Part shown: piece after piece, positions 28,873 through 37,611 of the stretch | Numbering within the stretch: the first letter of the stretch is position 1 | Layout of the letters: every line of letters begins with the position of its first letter | DNA from: Candidatus Thorarchaeota archaeon | GTDB taxonomy: Archaea; Asgardarchaeota; Thorarchaeia; Thorarchaeales; Thorarchaeaceae | DNA length: 64,000 bases | Assembly: GCA_048882325.1 (NCBI GenBank) | Contig: JBHLRS010000007.1 | Location: 1-64,000, forward strand | Reading direction: 5' to 3' | Position numbers and translations under genes: made by a program | The notes under the pieces: generated by a model | Database searches by the model: none | Seen by the model: only the letters and a program-made list of their open reading frames with translations | Told to the model about the DNA's origin: nothing

Positions 28873-30309
28873 TTATTCGTCAGAGATGCCAGCGAGATAT
28901 TTGGCGATTTTCTTCCGTTCTTCAACATCATAGCCCTTTAAGATCGCAACATCCTCCATCTGAGGACTACCTCCACCATGTAGACCTGCTACAGCTGATA
29001 CACCACCGATTGACGAGCAGAGCATATCTGAAAGAGTCCGATAGAGCTTGTACACATCCTCTGATGGCACATCCTCCTTTCGCTTGATGTACTTTTGAAT
29101 GAAGGGACCAATCGTTTCATCATAGAAATCCGCTTCATGTGGTAGAGTTGCTGGTAGACCTCCTGAGAGATCTGCTAAAATCTCAAGCTCGTGATAGTAG
29201 TTCTTTCCTGCATGCTTGCGACCCACATTACAGAATACTGGGTCTGGAATCATAGTTCCAGAATCATCCTTAGTGGCCTTGTGTGCAGCTGCAATGCCTG
29301 CAGCATAGACGAGTTCACTCACACTGATTAGATCAGCAAGCTTGGATTGAACATGTTTCTTGTCTTCAATTCCATTGTATTCGCTGACTAATGCACTGAA
29401 TCCCAGAATAATCTCTGAACTTGCTGGCTTACAACCAGTGTAGCTATGTCGATGAAACAGGGCAAAGAGTAGGGCTGTCCAACCACCAAAAGCATGCTCT
29501 CCCTCTCCACCGCCCAAAAAGACTCGTTCGTTTGGCACAAACACATCATCAAAGATTATGAAGTTCTCAACATCACCAAATTCACCAGCAGGGCAAGAAT
29601 AGTGCTCACGTTTATGGCCAGAAGCTCTGGTCACAAGCTTGACACCATCACAATCTGCAGGAATTGCAAAAGCAACAGCGTATGCATCTTCCTCTGGAGT
29701 TAGCATTCGGGTTGGAAGTACAATGATTTCCTCTGCCACCGCTGCCGCTGTAATATGATTCTTTGCTCCTCTGACCACAATTCCATCGTCACGATATTCA
29801 ACGACTCTGAGGTAGAGGTCTGGGTCGGCCTGCTGATGAGGACGTAGTGCCCGGTTACCCTTGACATCTGTCTGGGCGCAGCTACCCACAATGTCATTCT
29901 CTTGCCAATACTTCAGATATTCTTTGAATCTTTGATTATATGGACGACCAGTCATCGCTTCAGCACGATGAGTGATTATGGACAAGGCGTTCATAGCATC
30001 AATACCCATGCAACGAAAGACACAACCTCCAGTTTGGCGACACAATTTCCTAGTGAGTTCTTGTTTTTTCAGCAGGTCGTCAACGCTTTGGTGGATATTT
30101 GTAAAGCGATTGATTGTTCCTTGATCCGGTGTTTCAACTTGTAACAAATCCTTGAATTCAGGATCATTTACCTTGTCTAACGTGAGAGCCATAATCTTTG
30201 CGACAGATTGGAGTCGCGAATCATCGCGACGTACACTCTCCCCATTGATGATTACGTTTGGTTTCATCTCGTACAGTTTTTGAAGAAACTCTTCTCCAGT
30301 CTTCATCAT
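28873..30309 (-). CDS. abfD: 4-hydroxybutyryl-CoA dehydratase / vinylacetyl-CoA delta-isomerase (HpaB/AbfD family)
   Basis: [4Fe-4S] ligand motifs GGCVFRCMG and HRHSYTGCK; QTDVKGNR..RPHQQADPDLYLRVVE; GIVVRGAK.HIT; HGGGSP. Confidence 0.88.
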   Translation of the reverse strand: MMKTGEEFLQKLYEMKPNVIINGESVRRDDSRLQSVAKIMALTLDKVNDPEFKDLLQVETPDQGTINRFTNIHQSVDDLLKKQELTRKLCRQTGGCVFRCMGIDAMNALSIITHRAEAMTGRPYNQRFKEYLKYWQENDIVGSCAQTDVKGNRALRPHQQADPDLYLRVVEYRDDGIVVRGAKNHITAAAVAEEIIVLPTRMLTPEEDAYAVAFAIPADCDGVKLVTRASGHKREHYSCPAGEFGDVENFIIFDDVFVPNERVFLGGGEGEHAFGGWTALLFALFHRHSYTGCKPASSEIILGFSALVSEYNGIEDKKHVQSKLADLISVSELVYAAGIAAAHKATKDDSGTMIPDPVFCNVGRKHAGKNYYHELEILADLSGGLPATLPHEADFYDETIGPFIQKYIKRKEDVPSEDVYKLYRTLSDMLCSSIGGVSAVAGLHGGGSPQMEDVAILKGYDVEERKKIAKYLAGISDE

Positions 30310-30498
30310 AATCAACTGTAACAAATTGTGCATACTGATACTTAACTTGAACGGAATAATGGGAATTCTTGAAGGAAATGACGGAAATCGACATCTATCA
30401 AAACCAATAAGACCATCGACATTTCATGAAGAAATTCTCGACAAAATGAGAATGCTCTTAAGGAAAATCAAGAGACTGGCTGTGTGAGGAGATATTTC

Positions 30499-31578
30499 TT
30501 GACGGATTATCTTGAGAGTCTGAAGGGAGAAATTAGTCTTGTAACTAAGACACTTGACAACTTCTTCTCTGACAGAGTTGATCAAGCGACCCAATTTGGT
30601 CAATGGCATAGACAATATTATTCCAATATCAAGGAGTATATCATGCGGGGTGGCAAAAGACTGCGTCCTGTCCTCGTGATTCTTGGCTATAAGGCAGTTA
30701 AGGGAGATACAGTTCCTGAGAATCTATACACTGCGGCTCTATGCGTAGAGATTCTCCACAATGGCTCTCTCTTGCATGATGACCTCATTGATCATGATGA
30801 AACTCGACGAGGCGGAAAGACATTTCATGCTACCTATCGTGACATCAATTTATCTCGAACCAAAGATGAGGGTGCAGCATTTGATTATGGAATGACTATG
30901 GCTATTCTCGGTGGCGACTCACTCATCAACCTGGGAGCATCAGCTATCACAGCTGCCAATTTAGAATCAGACATCTCCTCGCACCTTCATCATCTCTATG
31001 AGTTTGCATTCCAACACCTCGTTGACGGGGTTCTATTAGAGATGAACATGATATCGGATGAAACCGCAACCACGGATACTTATCTTCAAATGGTTAGAAT
31101 GAAGACAGCAGTCCTCTTTGACAGGTCACTCATGATGGGTGCTGCTGTTGCTCGAGCTACTGGATCTCAGCTCATTGCTCTGGAGGAGTTTGGCATTAAT
31201 GTGGGTAAGGCATTTCAAATCCAAGACGACATTCTCGGATCATTTGGTGATGAAGAGAAACTTGGAAAATCATCATCCGGTGACATACGAGAAGGAAAGA
31301 AAACCATGCTTGTATTTGAGGTGTATGCCAAGGCTGACAGGAAACAACGAGAGGAGTTTGACAAGCTTCTAGGTAAGCCAGAAATATCAGACGAAGAGAT
31401 AGAACGTGTTCGTGAGCTATTTCGTGTAACTGGTGCACTGGAGTCTACACAAAAGAAGATGACCGAACTCCTGACATCCGGACAACAAGCATTGGAGAAA
31501 GCAGAGCCCGCCTTCGATGAGAAATACAAGAACTTCCTCATAGGACTCTCAGACTTTCTAGTTCAGAGAGATTTCTGA
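30499..31578 (+). CDS. Trans-polyprenyl diphosphate synthase (GGPPS/IdsA-like family)
   Basis: GGKRLRP, FARM LLHDDLID..RRGG, KTA, SARM FQIQDDILG, GDIREGKKT. Likely TTG start at 30499 after GAGGAG. Confidence 0.92.
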   Translation: MTDYLESLKGEISLVTKTLDNFFSDRVDQATQFGQWHRQYYSNIKEYIMRGGKRLRPVLVILGYKAVKGDTVPENLYTAALCVEILHNGSLLHDDLIDHDETRRGGKTFHATYRDINLSRTKDEGAAFDYGMTMAILGGDSLINLGASAITAANLESDISSHLHHLYEFAFQHLVDGVLLEMNMISDETATTDTYLQMVRMKTAVLFDRSLMMGAAVARATGSQLIALEEFGINVGKAFQIQDDILGSFGDEEKLGKSSSGDIREGKKTMLVFEVYAKADRKQREEFDKLLGKPEISDEEIERVRELFRVTGALESTQKKMTELLTSGQQALEKAEPAFDEKYKNFLIGLSDFLVQRDF

Positions 31579-31645
31579 AATCAAGAAGAAACGCAGAATT
31601 TAATTTTAATATTTGAAAAATGAGAGAGGGGATAGATCAATCTTA

Positions 31646-32206
31646 CTAGCAAGATTTCATTATCCTCATCCCTGCTAGCCTAGCTGATGCAAGAGCACGA
31701 GTGTTCTCACGGACTGACCCTCTTCCGTTCATTCCTGGAACAACAACCGTTTCGATAAATTCCATTTCAAGGTAGTTGCAGATGTCCTTAATCATGCCAA
31801 TGGTATGTCGAGCATAGTGTTCATTCCCACCACCCATAGGAATTGCAGCAATCACTTTCTTACCCTGGAAACACCTCTGATCAAGACCATACCATCTATC
31901 CACAAAGAGCTTAAACTGAGCTGTCGGTCCCCACCAATATATTGGGGTACCTAAAACCCAGACATCAGATTTCTCCATAAGCGGAAAGAGTGTTTCCATA
32001 TCATCCTTGTGAACACAGGAACCTGTACGTTGACAATTGTTGCAGGCTTGACAGGGAGCAATCTCCAAATCATTCAATATGACCTTATCAGATGTTGCTC
32101 CCTGCTCAACAGCAGAAGCGATGATGGTGTCGACCAGTGTTTCAGTGTTTCCGCCACGTCGAGGGCTACCAACAATTCCAAGAACATGCTTGTCTTTGTA
32201 GGGCAT
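31646..32206 (-). CDS. Iron-sulfur flavoprotein / flavodoxin-family (NADPH-dependent FMN reductase-like) protein
   Basis: GSPRRGGNT, CQACNNCQRTGSC Cys cluster, DDM, GTPIYW, KLFVDR. Confidence 0.9.
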   Translation of the reverse strand: MPYKDKHVLGIVGSPRRGGNTETLVDTIIASAVEQGATSDKVILNDLEIAPCQACNNCQRTGSCVHKDDMETLFPLMEKSDVWVLGTPIYWWGPTAQFKLFVDRWYGLDQRCFQGKKVIAAIPMGGGNEHYARHTIGMIKDICNYLEMEFIETVVVPGMNGRGSVRENTRALASARLAGMRIMKSC

Positions 32207-32228
32207 CACTTCTCACCTCCACATAGGG

Positions 32229-33179
32229 TTACTTCTTCTTTCTCAACCAAACAGATTCGAAATCAGTGAGCTCTGGTCGTAATTCAGCCAGACCAGCTAT
32301 CGCAGGACCTTCTCCTGTAATCCAGCTCTCAGCTTGAATTGGTATGTCGGTCCAGCCGGCATTCTTGCACTCCTTCGCCATCTCGACCAACAAACGTGTC
32401 CAAGCATACTCGTACCCTGGTCGTATCGCAGTGAAGCGCATAATTATTCGGGCTTTGTCACTACGAACCCTGTTGCCATCAGGCTCAAATCGAAGTGGGG
32501 CGGTTCCAGCAACAACTTTGTCACCGTCATATAGAAGAACAGCGTGTCCCGTCTCTAACACCCTGTCAGTGAAGTAAGACCTTGCAGCATCCTCGTCAGC
32601 CACCTGATTCCGTAGTCCTTCTTCCGCCATGAAGATTTCCACAAGATCATCTAGGTCATCCTCTGTTGCTGACTTACTCTTTAAAGCAGATGCTTTCTCT
32701 GTGACCTCCAACTTGCTGGTATCTTCAACATCAAGTGGGAGAACATATGCGTAGATCCGCTCATCCTCCTCGAAACCACGCTCCTTGAAAAAATCAACTT
32801 GTTTTTCTCTAAGGTTAGATCTGGTGATTATAGTCGTGCCAATCTCCTTTGTTTCTTCTCTTTTATCAAGATACGAAAGGAGTTCGTCAAAGATCTTTAT
32901 CTGAACCTCTTCAGGACATCTTGGCATGGTCCATGGATATCCGATATATGTTCGACCTTCACCTGAAGACGAATCCCTAGCAGTGACGTACGCTAGAGGT
33001 TCACCATCTTCGGTGAGTGCATATCGGGTCATCTCTGGTGCCCTCTGCAGGTTTCTCTGTCGAATTACCTCGGCTCTTTCTGGGATGCCTGATGCAGCTG
33101 AGAATATTTGGGCTTGAATATCTTCAAGACCTTTGTCAGGTTCCCAAACTGTATACTTGACTTTCAATTTCCAAGCCAC
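32229..33179 (-). CDS. Hypothetical protein, probable degenerate tandem GNAT fold
   Basis: IGYPW, FFKERGF, R.ATEDD.D.L and MRFTAIRPGY motifs shared with the adjacent paralog. Confidence 0.7.
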   Translation of the reverse strand: MAWKLKVKYTVWEPDKGLEDIQAQIFSAASGIPERAEVIRQRNLQRAPEMTRYALTEDGEPLAYVTARDSSSGEGRTYIGYPWTMPRCPEEVQIKIFDELLSYLDKREETKEIGTTIITRSNLREKQVDFFKERGFEEDERIYAYVLPLDVEDTSKLEVTEKASALKSKSATEDDLDDLVEIFMAEEGLRNQVADEDAARSYFTDRVLETGHAVLLYDGDKVVAGTAPLRFEPDGNRVRSDKARIIMRFTAIRPGYEYAWTRLLVEMAKECKNAGWTDIPIQAESWITGEGPAIAGLAELRPELTDFESVWLRKKK

Positions 33180-33189
33180 CTCATCTGTG

Positions 33190-34128
33190 CTACTCGACCC
33201 TGTATCTCATGAAGAGCTCAAACTCATCCAGGTCAGAATCGATGCCAGCTATACCAGTCGCAACAGCCCCACTTGTTGAGAAACCAAATTGGACTCTTAG
33301 TGGAATGTCTTTGATACCTGACTTCTTGATGTCTTTAGCAATCTCAACCACAAGTCGATTCCAAGCGTAGCGATATCCTGGTCTGATCGCAGTGAATCTC
33401 ATGAGCAAACGCTCTTCCTCACCGAAGAGGAAGACACCATCAGGCTTTAGCCTAAGCGCAGCACTAGCTGCTACGAGTTTGCCTTCTTCATAAAGCATGA
33501 TCGCGTTGCCTTGTGGTAGGACACGGCCGGCAAAGTAGTTCCTGAATCCTTCCTTATCAGGAAAGGCTCGTCCCAGATCGGGATCTGACATTGCTACCTC
33601 AATCAATGCGTCAACATCATCCTCAGTGGCAATCTTCACCTTTAGCTTGGCAGGTTTACCTTCCAGCTTTTTTGAAGCCATCTTCTCGACATCGAGGTCT
33701 TTCGTGTATCGATAGGCACGTTCATACTCAGTAAATCCTCGTTCCTCGAACCACTTGATCTGGTCCTTTGCAATCTTCGAGGAAAGTACAATCCCAGTGC
33801 GAATGTCCTTGAGCTTCTTGTCTTTCTTCAGATGATCTAATAATTCATTGAAGATCTTCTCCTTAGCCTCTGGGGGACAGTCAGGAAAAGACCATGGGTA
33901 TCCAATTCCGCCCTCAGCTGGATTTTCATCATTTATCCATGATGTAACATAGGCAAGTGGTTCACCTTCCTTCGTGAGTACGTAGCGAGTTGAATCCTCA
34001 CCTCGTTGTATGTTTCGTGGCTTGATCTCCTCTGGACGTGCTGGAAGTCCAGACACTCCAGTATAGATCTTAGCCTGTGCTTCTTCTAATTTCTCATCGG
34101 GATTCCATTTCTTGTAAATAACGTTCAT
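33190..34128 (-). CDS. Hypothetical protein, probable degenerate tandem GNAT fold (paralog of 32229..33179)
   Basis: GEPLAYVT, IGYPW, WFEERGF, MRFTAIRPGY. Likely ATG at 34128 after GGAG. Confidence 0.7.
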   Translation of the reverse strand: MNVIYKKWNPDEKLEEAQAKIYTGVSGLPARPEEIKPRNIQRGEDSTRYVLTKEGEPLAYVTSWINDENPAEGGIGYPWSFPDCPPEAKEKIFNELLDHLKKDKKLKDIRTGIVLSSKIAKDQIKWFEERGFTEYERAYRYTKDLDVEKMASKKLEGKPAKLKVKIATEDDVDALIEVAMSDPDLGRAFPDKEGFRNYFAGRVLPQGNAIMLYEEGKLVAASAALRLKPDGVFLFGEEERLLMRFTAIRPGYRYAWNRLVVEIAKDIKKSGIKDIPLRVQFGFSTSGAVATGIAGIDSDLDEFELFMRYRVE

Positions 34129-34310
34129 CTCGATTTCTCCTCTAGTTGTTTTGCAAAAGCAAATGAGACTCAATTAATGGTTTGGGTAATAAACCTTCTT
34201 ACTTGCTTTGCTTTAAAGAACACACTTATATTGAACATTGGTGTGGTATGCCAACTATCGGAAGACTGAACATCTCAGTGAGAGTCAGGTCGAAGGCTAG
34301 TATTCCTTTT

Positions 34311-34748
34311 CTACATCTGAATCAGTGTGTATATGGAAACAATGAGGAACGCGACAAGGAAGACAGTAATCATTCCAGCTAAAGTTCTTGAATACCCCTT
34401 AGGTGTTAACTGGTCCTCTCTGTCCATCTTCTTTGCAAGGGGATAGAGTTTCCAATAGAATGTGGATATTGAAAGCATCAACGCCCATAATGCCCAGAAG
34501 TGCATCATTGGTGTGCCAGACAATATGATAACTGTAAGCAAGAGTAGGAAGATTAGTTTAGTACCAGCAACCCAGTTTACCAAGTAGCTAGTGAAATTAT
34601 GCATCTCAGGATCACTCTTAGATTTCTCCCAAGCAGTGAAGACACCCACACTGTTTGCAATCTTAGAGTCTTTTCTGAAATAAAGCATCATGACGTTAGA
34701 AAATTCTAGAATCATGAATGCGGCGATTGCGATGATTAAGAGACTCAT
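34311..34748 (-). CDS. Hypothetical 4-TM membrane protein
   Basis: Four hydrophobic segments; WVAGTKLIF and PKGYS motifs. Confidence 0.7.
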   Translation of the reverse strand: MSLLIIAIAAFMILEFSNVMMLYFRKDSKIANSVGVFTAWEKSKSDPEMHNFTSYLVNWVAGTKLIFLLLLTVIILSGTPMMHFWALWALMLSISTFYWKLYPLAKKMDREDQLTPKGYSRTLAGMITVFLVAFLIVSIYTLIQM

Positions 34749-34802
34749 AATACATTCAGCGGACTAGGTCCATAATATATAGATACTGCTTATTGTTTGC
34801 AC

Positions 34803-34841
34803 AAAAAACGTAGGAAGGTGGGATACAAATCCCTACCCTCC
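34803..34841 (-). terminator. Hairpin plus T-tract after the NIPSNAP gene
   Basis: GGGAT-ACAA-ATCCC core stem with extended pairing, then TTTTTT on the minus strand. Confidence 0.55.
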
Positions 34842-34865
34842 ATACCAGTTCGGATTGATTTACCC

Positions 34866-35165
34866 TTACATCATTGGTAGAAGTTTAGTCGCCTCAATGG
34901 ATGTTCGGACTTCTTCTAGCCTTTTGCTAAGTCGAGTGTATTCCTCGTCACTTCGTAGGCTTTCGACCTTCATCTTGTAGTCATTCTCATCTTCGTATTT
35001 GGAGATGTAGAAGATCTCATTCTCATCATCCGCATTAGACCAAAAGCCTACAATGTCCACATTGTGTCTTTCGTAGATCTTTTGAAACTTAGAACGTAAT
35101 TCATCCATCTCTTTACCAGAATTAGATTTTGACCTGTATAACATGTACATAGCCATGATTATCAC
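34866..35165 (-). CDS. NIPSNAP-family (dimeric alpha-beta barrel) protein
   Basis: 99 aa; ERHNVDIVGFW, IFYISKYED, RSDEEY, C-terminal LLP pattern. Confidence 0.75.
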   Translation of the reverse strand: MIIMAMYMLYRSKSNSGKEMDELRSKFQKIYERHNVDIVGFWSNADDENEIFYISKYEDENDYKMKVESLRSDEEYTRLSKRLEEVRTSIEATKLLPMM

Positions 35166-35166
35166 T

Positions 35167-35190
35167 GGGAATTAACCATAGTTAATTCCC
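35167..35190. promoter_or_regulatory. Perfect 10-bp inverted repeat GGGAATTAAC-CATA-GTTAATTCCC between the TATA box and the NIPSNAP start; candidate operator
   Basis: Seen directly; minus-strand TATTATAA (35198-35191) abuts it. Confidence 0.55.
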
Positions 35191-35460
35191 TTATAATAGT
35201 TTCGAGAGGGATTTGGAAATTAAAAAGGGATGTGAAATAAAACCCCAGTCGCCTACTAGACCTCTATCTGCATTAATTGACAGTGAGCGCGCGCAAACTG
35301 AAACTGTTAAATGGGAACATGACAATGAATGAATATCATTCAGTCAGATTGTTTGATTCATGATCTGAAAACCTCTCAGATTGTGCCTCAAAGAATCGCA
35401 ACAGAAGACAGTCGAGCTTCTATGGTGCTGAGTGATGTGCTAAGAAATGAGGTACAAAAA

Positions 35461-36882
35461 ATGAAAGATGAAAGACGCTCTATTTTAAAGAAGATAGCTG
35501 ACGGAGAGTTGACCATAGAGGAAGGTCAAGAACTCCTAGAGCAGCTTGACCAGCAACGAAGGGATGACACTGATGATTCTTATGTCCTTATCCATGGCAG
35601 ATTTTTTCATGGAAAAGAGCTCGAGAGAATCAAAAGGAACGCAATTCCTAATGTAAATCCAGAGTTTTTGGAAGAGTTTGAAGCCCTTGATTTAGACCGG
35701 GTTTCATATCGAGTAATTGAGGATCTTATCGTCAAGCATGTCAGAAGCGAATATCTCGCTGAGATGGCTGAAATTGGTTATCCCGACATTGGCAACAGAG
35801 ACCTTGCTCTTCTCATCATGAATGGCGTTGATCCTGAATATGTGAAAGAACTTCAGAAGTTTGGCTACGATAATTTAACAATTCGGCAACTTGTGAAGAT
35901 GGCAATCCACACCGTCACTCCAGAGTACATACAGGAGCTAATTGAACTTGGTTATGAAGGTCTGCCTGTCAATCAACTAGTGAAAATGAGAATTCATGAT
36001 GTGAATCCTGAGTTCATCAGAGGTTTGCAGGAGCTAGGATATCAAGATATCCCAGCGAACCAACTCACCAAGCTCACAATTCATAACGTGACAGTTGAGT
36101 TTGTGTCAGCACTCAAAGAACTTGGGTATACAGACATTCCAATTAGCACTATAGCAGAGTTGCAAATCCATGAAGTCACTCCGGATTTCATTCGTGCAAT
36201 GAATGAAGCAGGTTTGAAGGATATCCCACCTGGTCAACTAATAAAGATGAGAATACATGAAGTGGATCCGGGATTTGTTGTTGAACTTGCTGAAGCTGGA
36301 TACCCAGACCTCTCACCAAATCGGCTTGTTGAATTCAGAATTCATGAGGTGGATGTTGATTTTGCTAGAGGTTTAAAGGAACTAGGATATGATGAAATCT
36401 CACCAAGACATCTTGTCAATATGAGGATTCACAACCTTAGCTTAGACTACATCCGGGAGTTAGCTGAACTGGGGTATGAATCAGTCAGTCCAAGTGTCCT
36501 AGTCGATATGAAGATACACAGTGTACCATTGGATTTCATTCGTGACTTGAAAGAGATGGGCTTTGAAGACATCTCGCCCCGAAGGCTGATTGAGATGTGT
36601 ATTCACAATGTAGACTCATATTTCGTTCGAGCTTTTAAGGAACGAGGGATGGATAATCTCACTGATCGTCAGCTGATTGATATGAGTATCCACGATGTGG
36701 ACCCTAGTTTCATCGATGAAATGGGCGAGCTTGGATACACTGATCTTCAGGCTCGAGACCTCATAGAGATGAGCATTCATGGTGTTGATGCTGACTTCGT
36801 ACGTAAGATGCAGCGTTTAGAAATTGAAGATCTGACTATAAGAAAGCTGATCGATATCAAGATTCATGGGATCTTTGATTGA
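35461..36882 (+). CDS. Solenoid protein: N-terminal SHOCT-like helix pair plus about 14 tandem 29-aa repeats
   Basis: MKDERRSILKKIADGELTIEEG..LL, then IHxVxPEFIxELxELGYxDIxxxQLxxM repeats. ATG 35461 follows GAGGT. Confidence 0.85.
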   Translation: MKDERRSILKKIADGELTIEEGQELLEQLDQQRRDDTDDSYVLIHGRFFHGKELERIKRNAIPNVNPEFLEEFEALDLDRVSYRVIEDLIVKHVRSEYLAEMAEIGYPDIGNRDLALLIMNGVDPEYVKELQKFGYDNLTIRQLVKMAIHTVTPEYIQELIELGYEGLPVNQLVKMRIHDVNPEFIRGLQELGYQDIPANQLTKLTIHNVTVEFVSALKELGYTDIPISTIAELQIHEVTPDFIRAMNEAGLKDIPPGQLIKMRIHEVDPGFVVELAEAGYPDLSPNRLVEFRIHEVDVDFARGLKELGYDEISPRHLVNMRIHNLSLDYIRELAELGYESVSPSVLVDMKIHSVPLDFIRDLKEMGFEDISPRRLIEMCIHNVDSYFVRAFKERGMDNLTDRQLIDMSIHDVDPSFIDEMGELGYTDLQARDLIEMSIHGVDADFVRKMQRLEIEDLTIRKLIDIKIHGIFD

Positions 36883-36891
36883 TTGGTCTTT

Positions 36892-36936
36892 GCGAGAGTT
36901 GCATTCAAAAACTGCATTCTCGCTTCAATCTTTTTT
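36892..36936 (+). terminator. Hairpin plus T-tract after the repeat-protein gene
   Basis: GCGAGA..TGCA-loop-TGCA..TCTCGC, then CTTTTTT. Confidence 0.5.
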
Positions 36937-37029
36937 CTCAGCCCTTTTTGTCTTGTCAACATCGTACTATAATCACCTCTGAAAAAGGCTAAATCAAAGC
37001 TCCGTGTCTAGAAGCGATGGTAGGTTCCA

Positions 37030-37413
37030 ATGGCAGATTCGGATTCAAAGATGATTGGAGATCAAGCAAAAGAAACGACGCTCAAGTTCATTGATTGCAT
37101 CAATTCAGGTGACTGCGAAGGGCTTACGGCACTCCAGACGGAAGATTTCACATTCATTGACCTGTCTGGTGACATGCACATTGGGAAAGACAGCTGGGAG
37201 AACTACTTCTCCTCCTATCCAGACTACAAGATTCATGTTGACAAGCTTATCACAAGTGGAAACGGAGTTGCTGTGATTGGACGGACAACTGGATCCCATG
37301 CAGGTCCCGAGGTTGATGAGAAGTGGACAATCCTGTGGACTGCAGGAATCCGGGATGGTCAAGTAGCTGAGTGGCGAATCTACACTGACTACTATGACAT
37401 CAAAGGAATTTAG
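37030..37413 (+). CDS. SnoaL/NTF2-like domain protein
   Basis: FIDCINSGD..L..LQTEDF.F.D, GK..W..YF..YPDY, IRDGQVAEWRIYTD. Confidence 0.88.
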   Translation: MADSDSKMIGDQAKETTLKFIDCINSGDCEGLTALQTEDFTFIDLSGDMHIGKDSWENYFSSYPDYKIHVDKLITSGNGVAVIGRTTGSHAGPEVDEKWTILWTAGIRDGQVAEWRIYTDYYDIKGI

Positions 37414-37611
37414 TCAAGGATTTTTTGTTATATCACAGTTTGAGACTGGATTATTGACATAGATTAATTCTGTGCATAGACACAGTTTAGCAACGTTCAA
37501 ATATTGAGCATTTGCATAAAATTCTTTAATTCGCATGTCACTATAGTGTAGAGAGAGAAGGAGAAGAATCCATTAAGATAATGGGCTATAGTGGCAGAGG
37601 AGGAGTGTGTA

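Noticed and set aside
28873-30309. 4-hydroxyphenylacetate 3-monooxygenase (hpaB) or evidence of autotrophy
   Set aside because: The Fe-S ligands indicate a dehydratase, and a single gene without other cycle enzymes does not support carbon fixation.
35700-36880. CRISPR array or DNA tandem repeat
   Set aside because: The 87-nt periodicity is protein-level, with synonymous divergence; there are no identical repeats with unique spacers. The same applies to the Kelch repeats at 37.8-39.7 kb.
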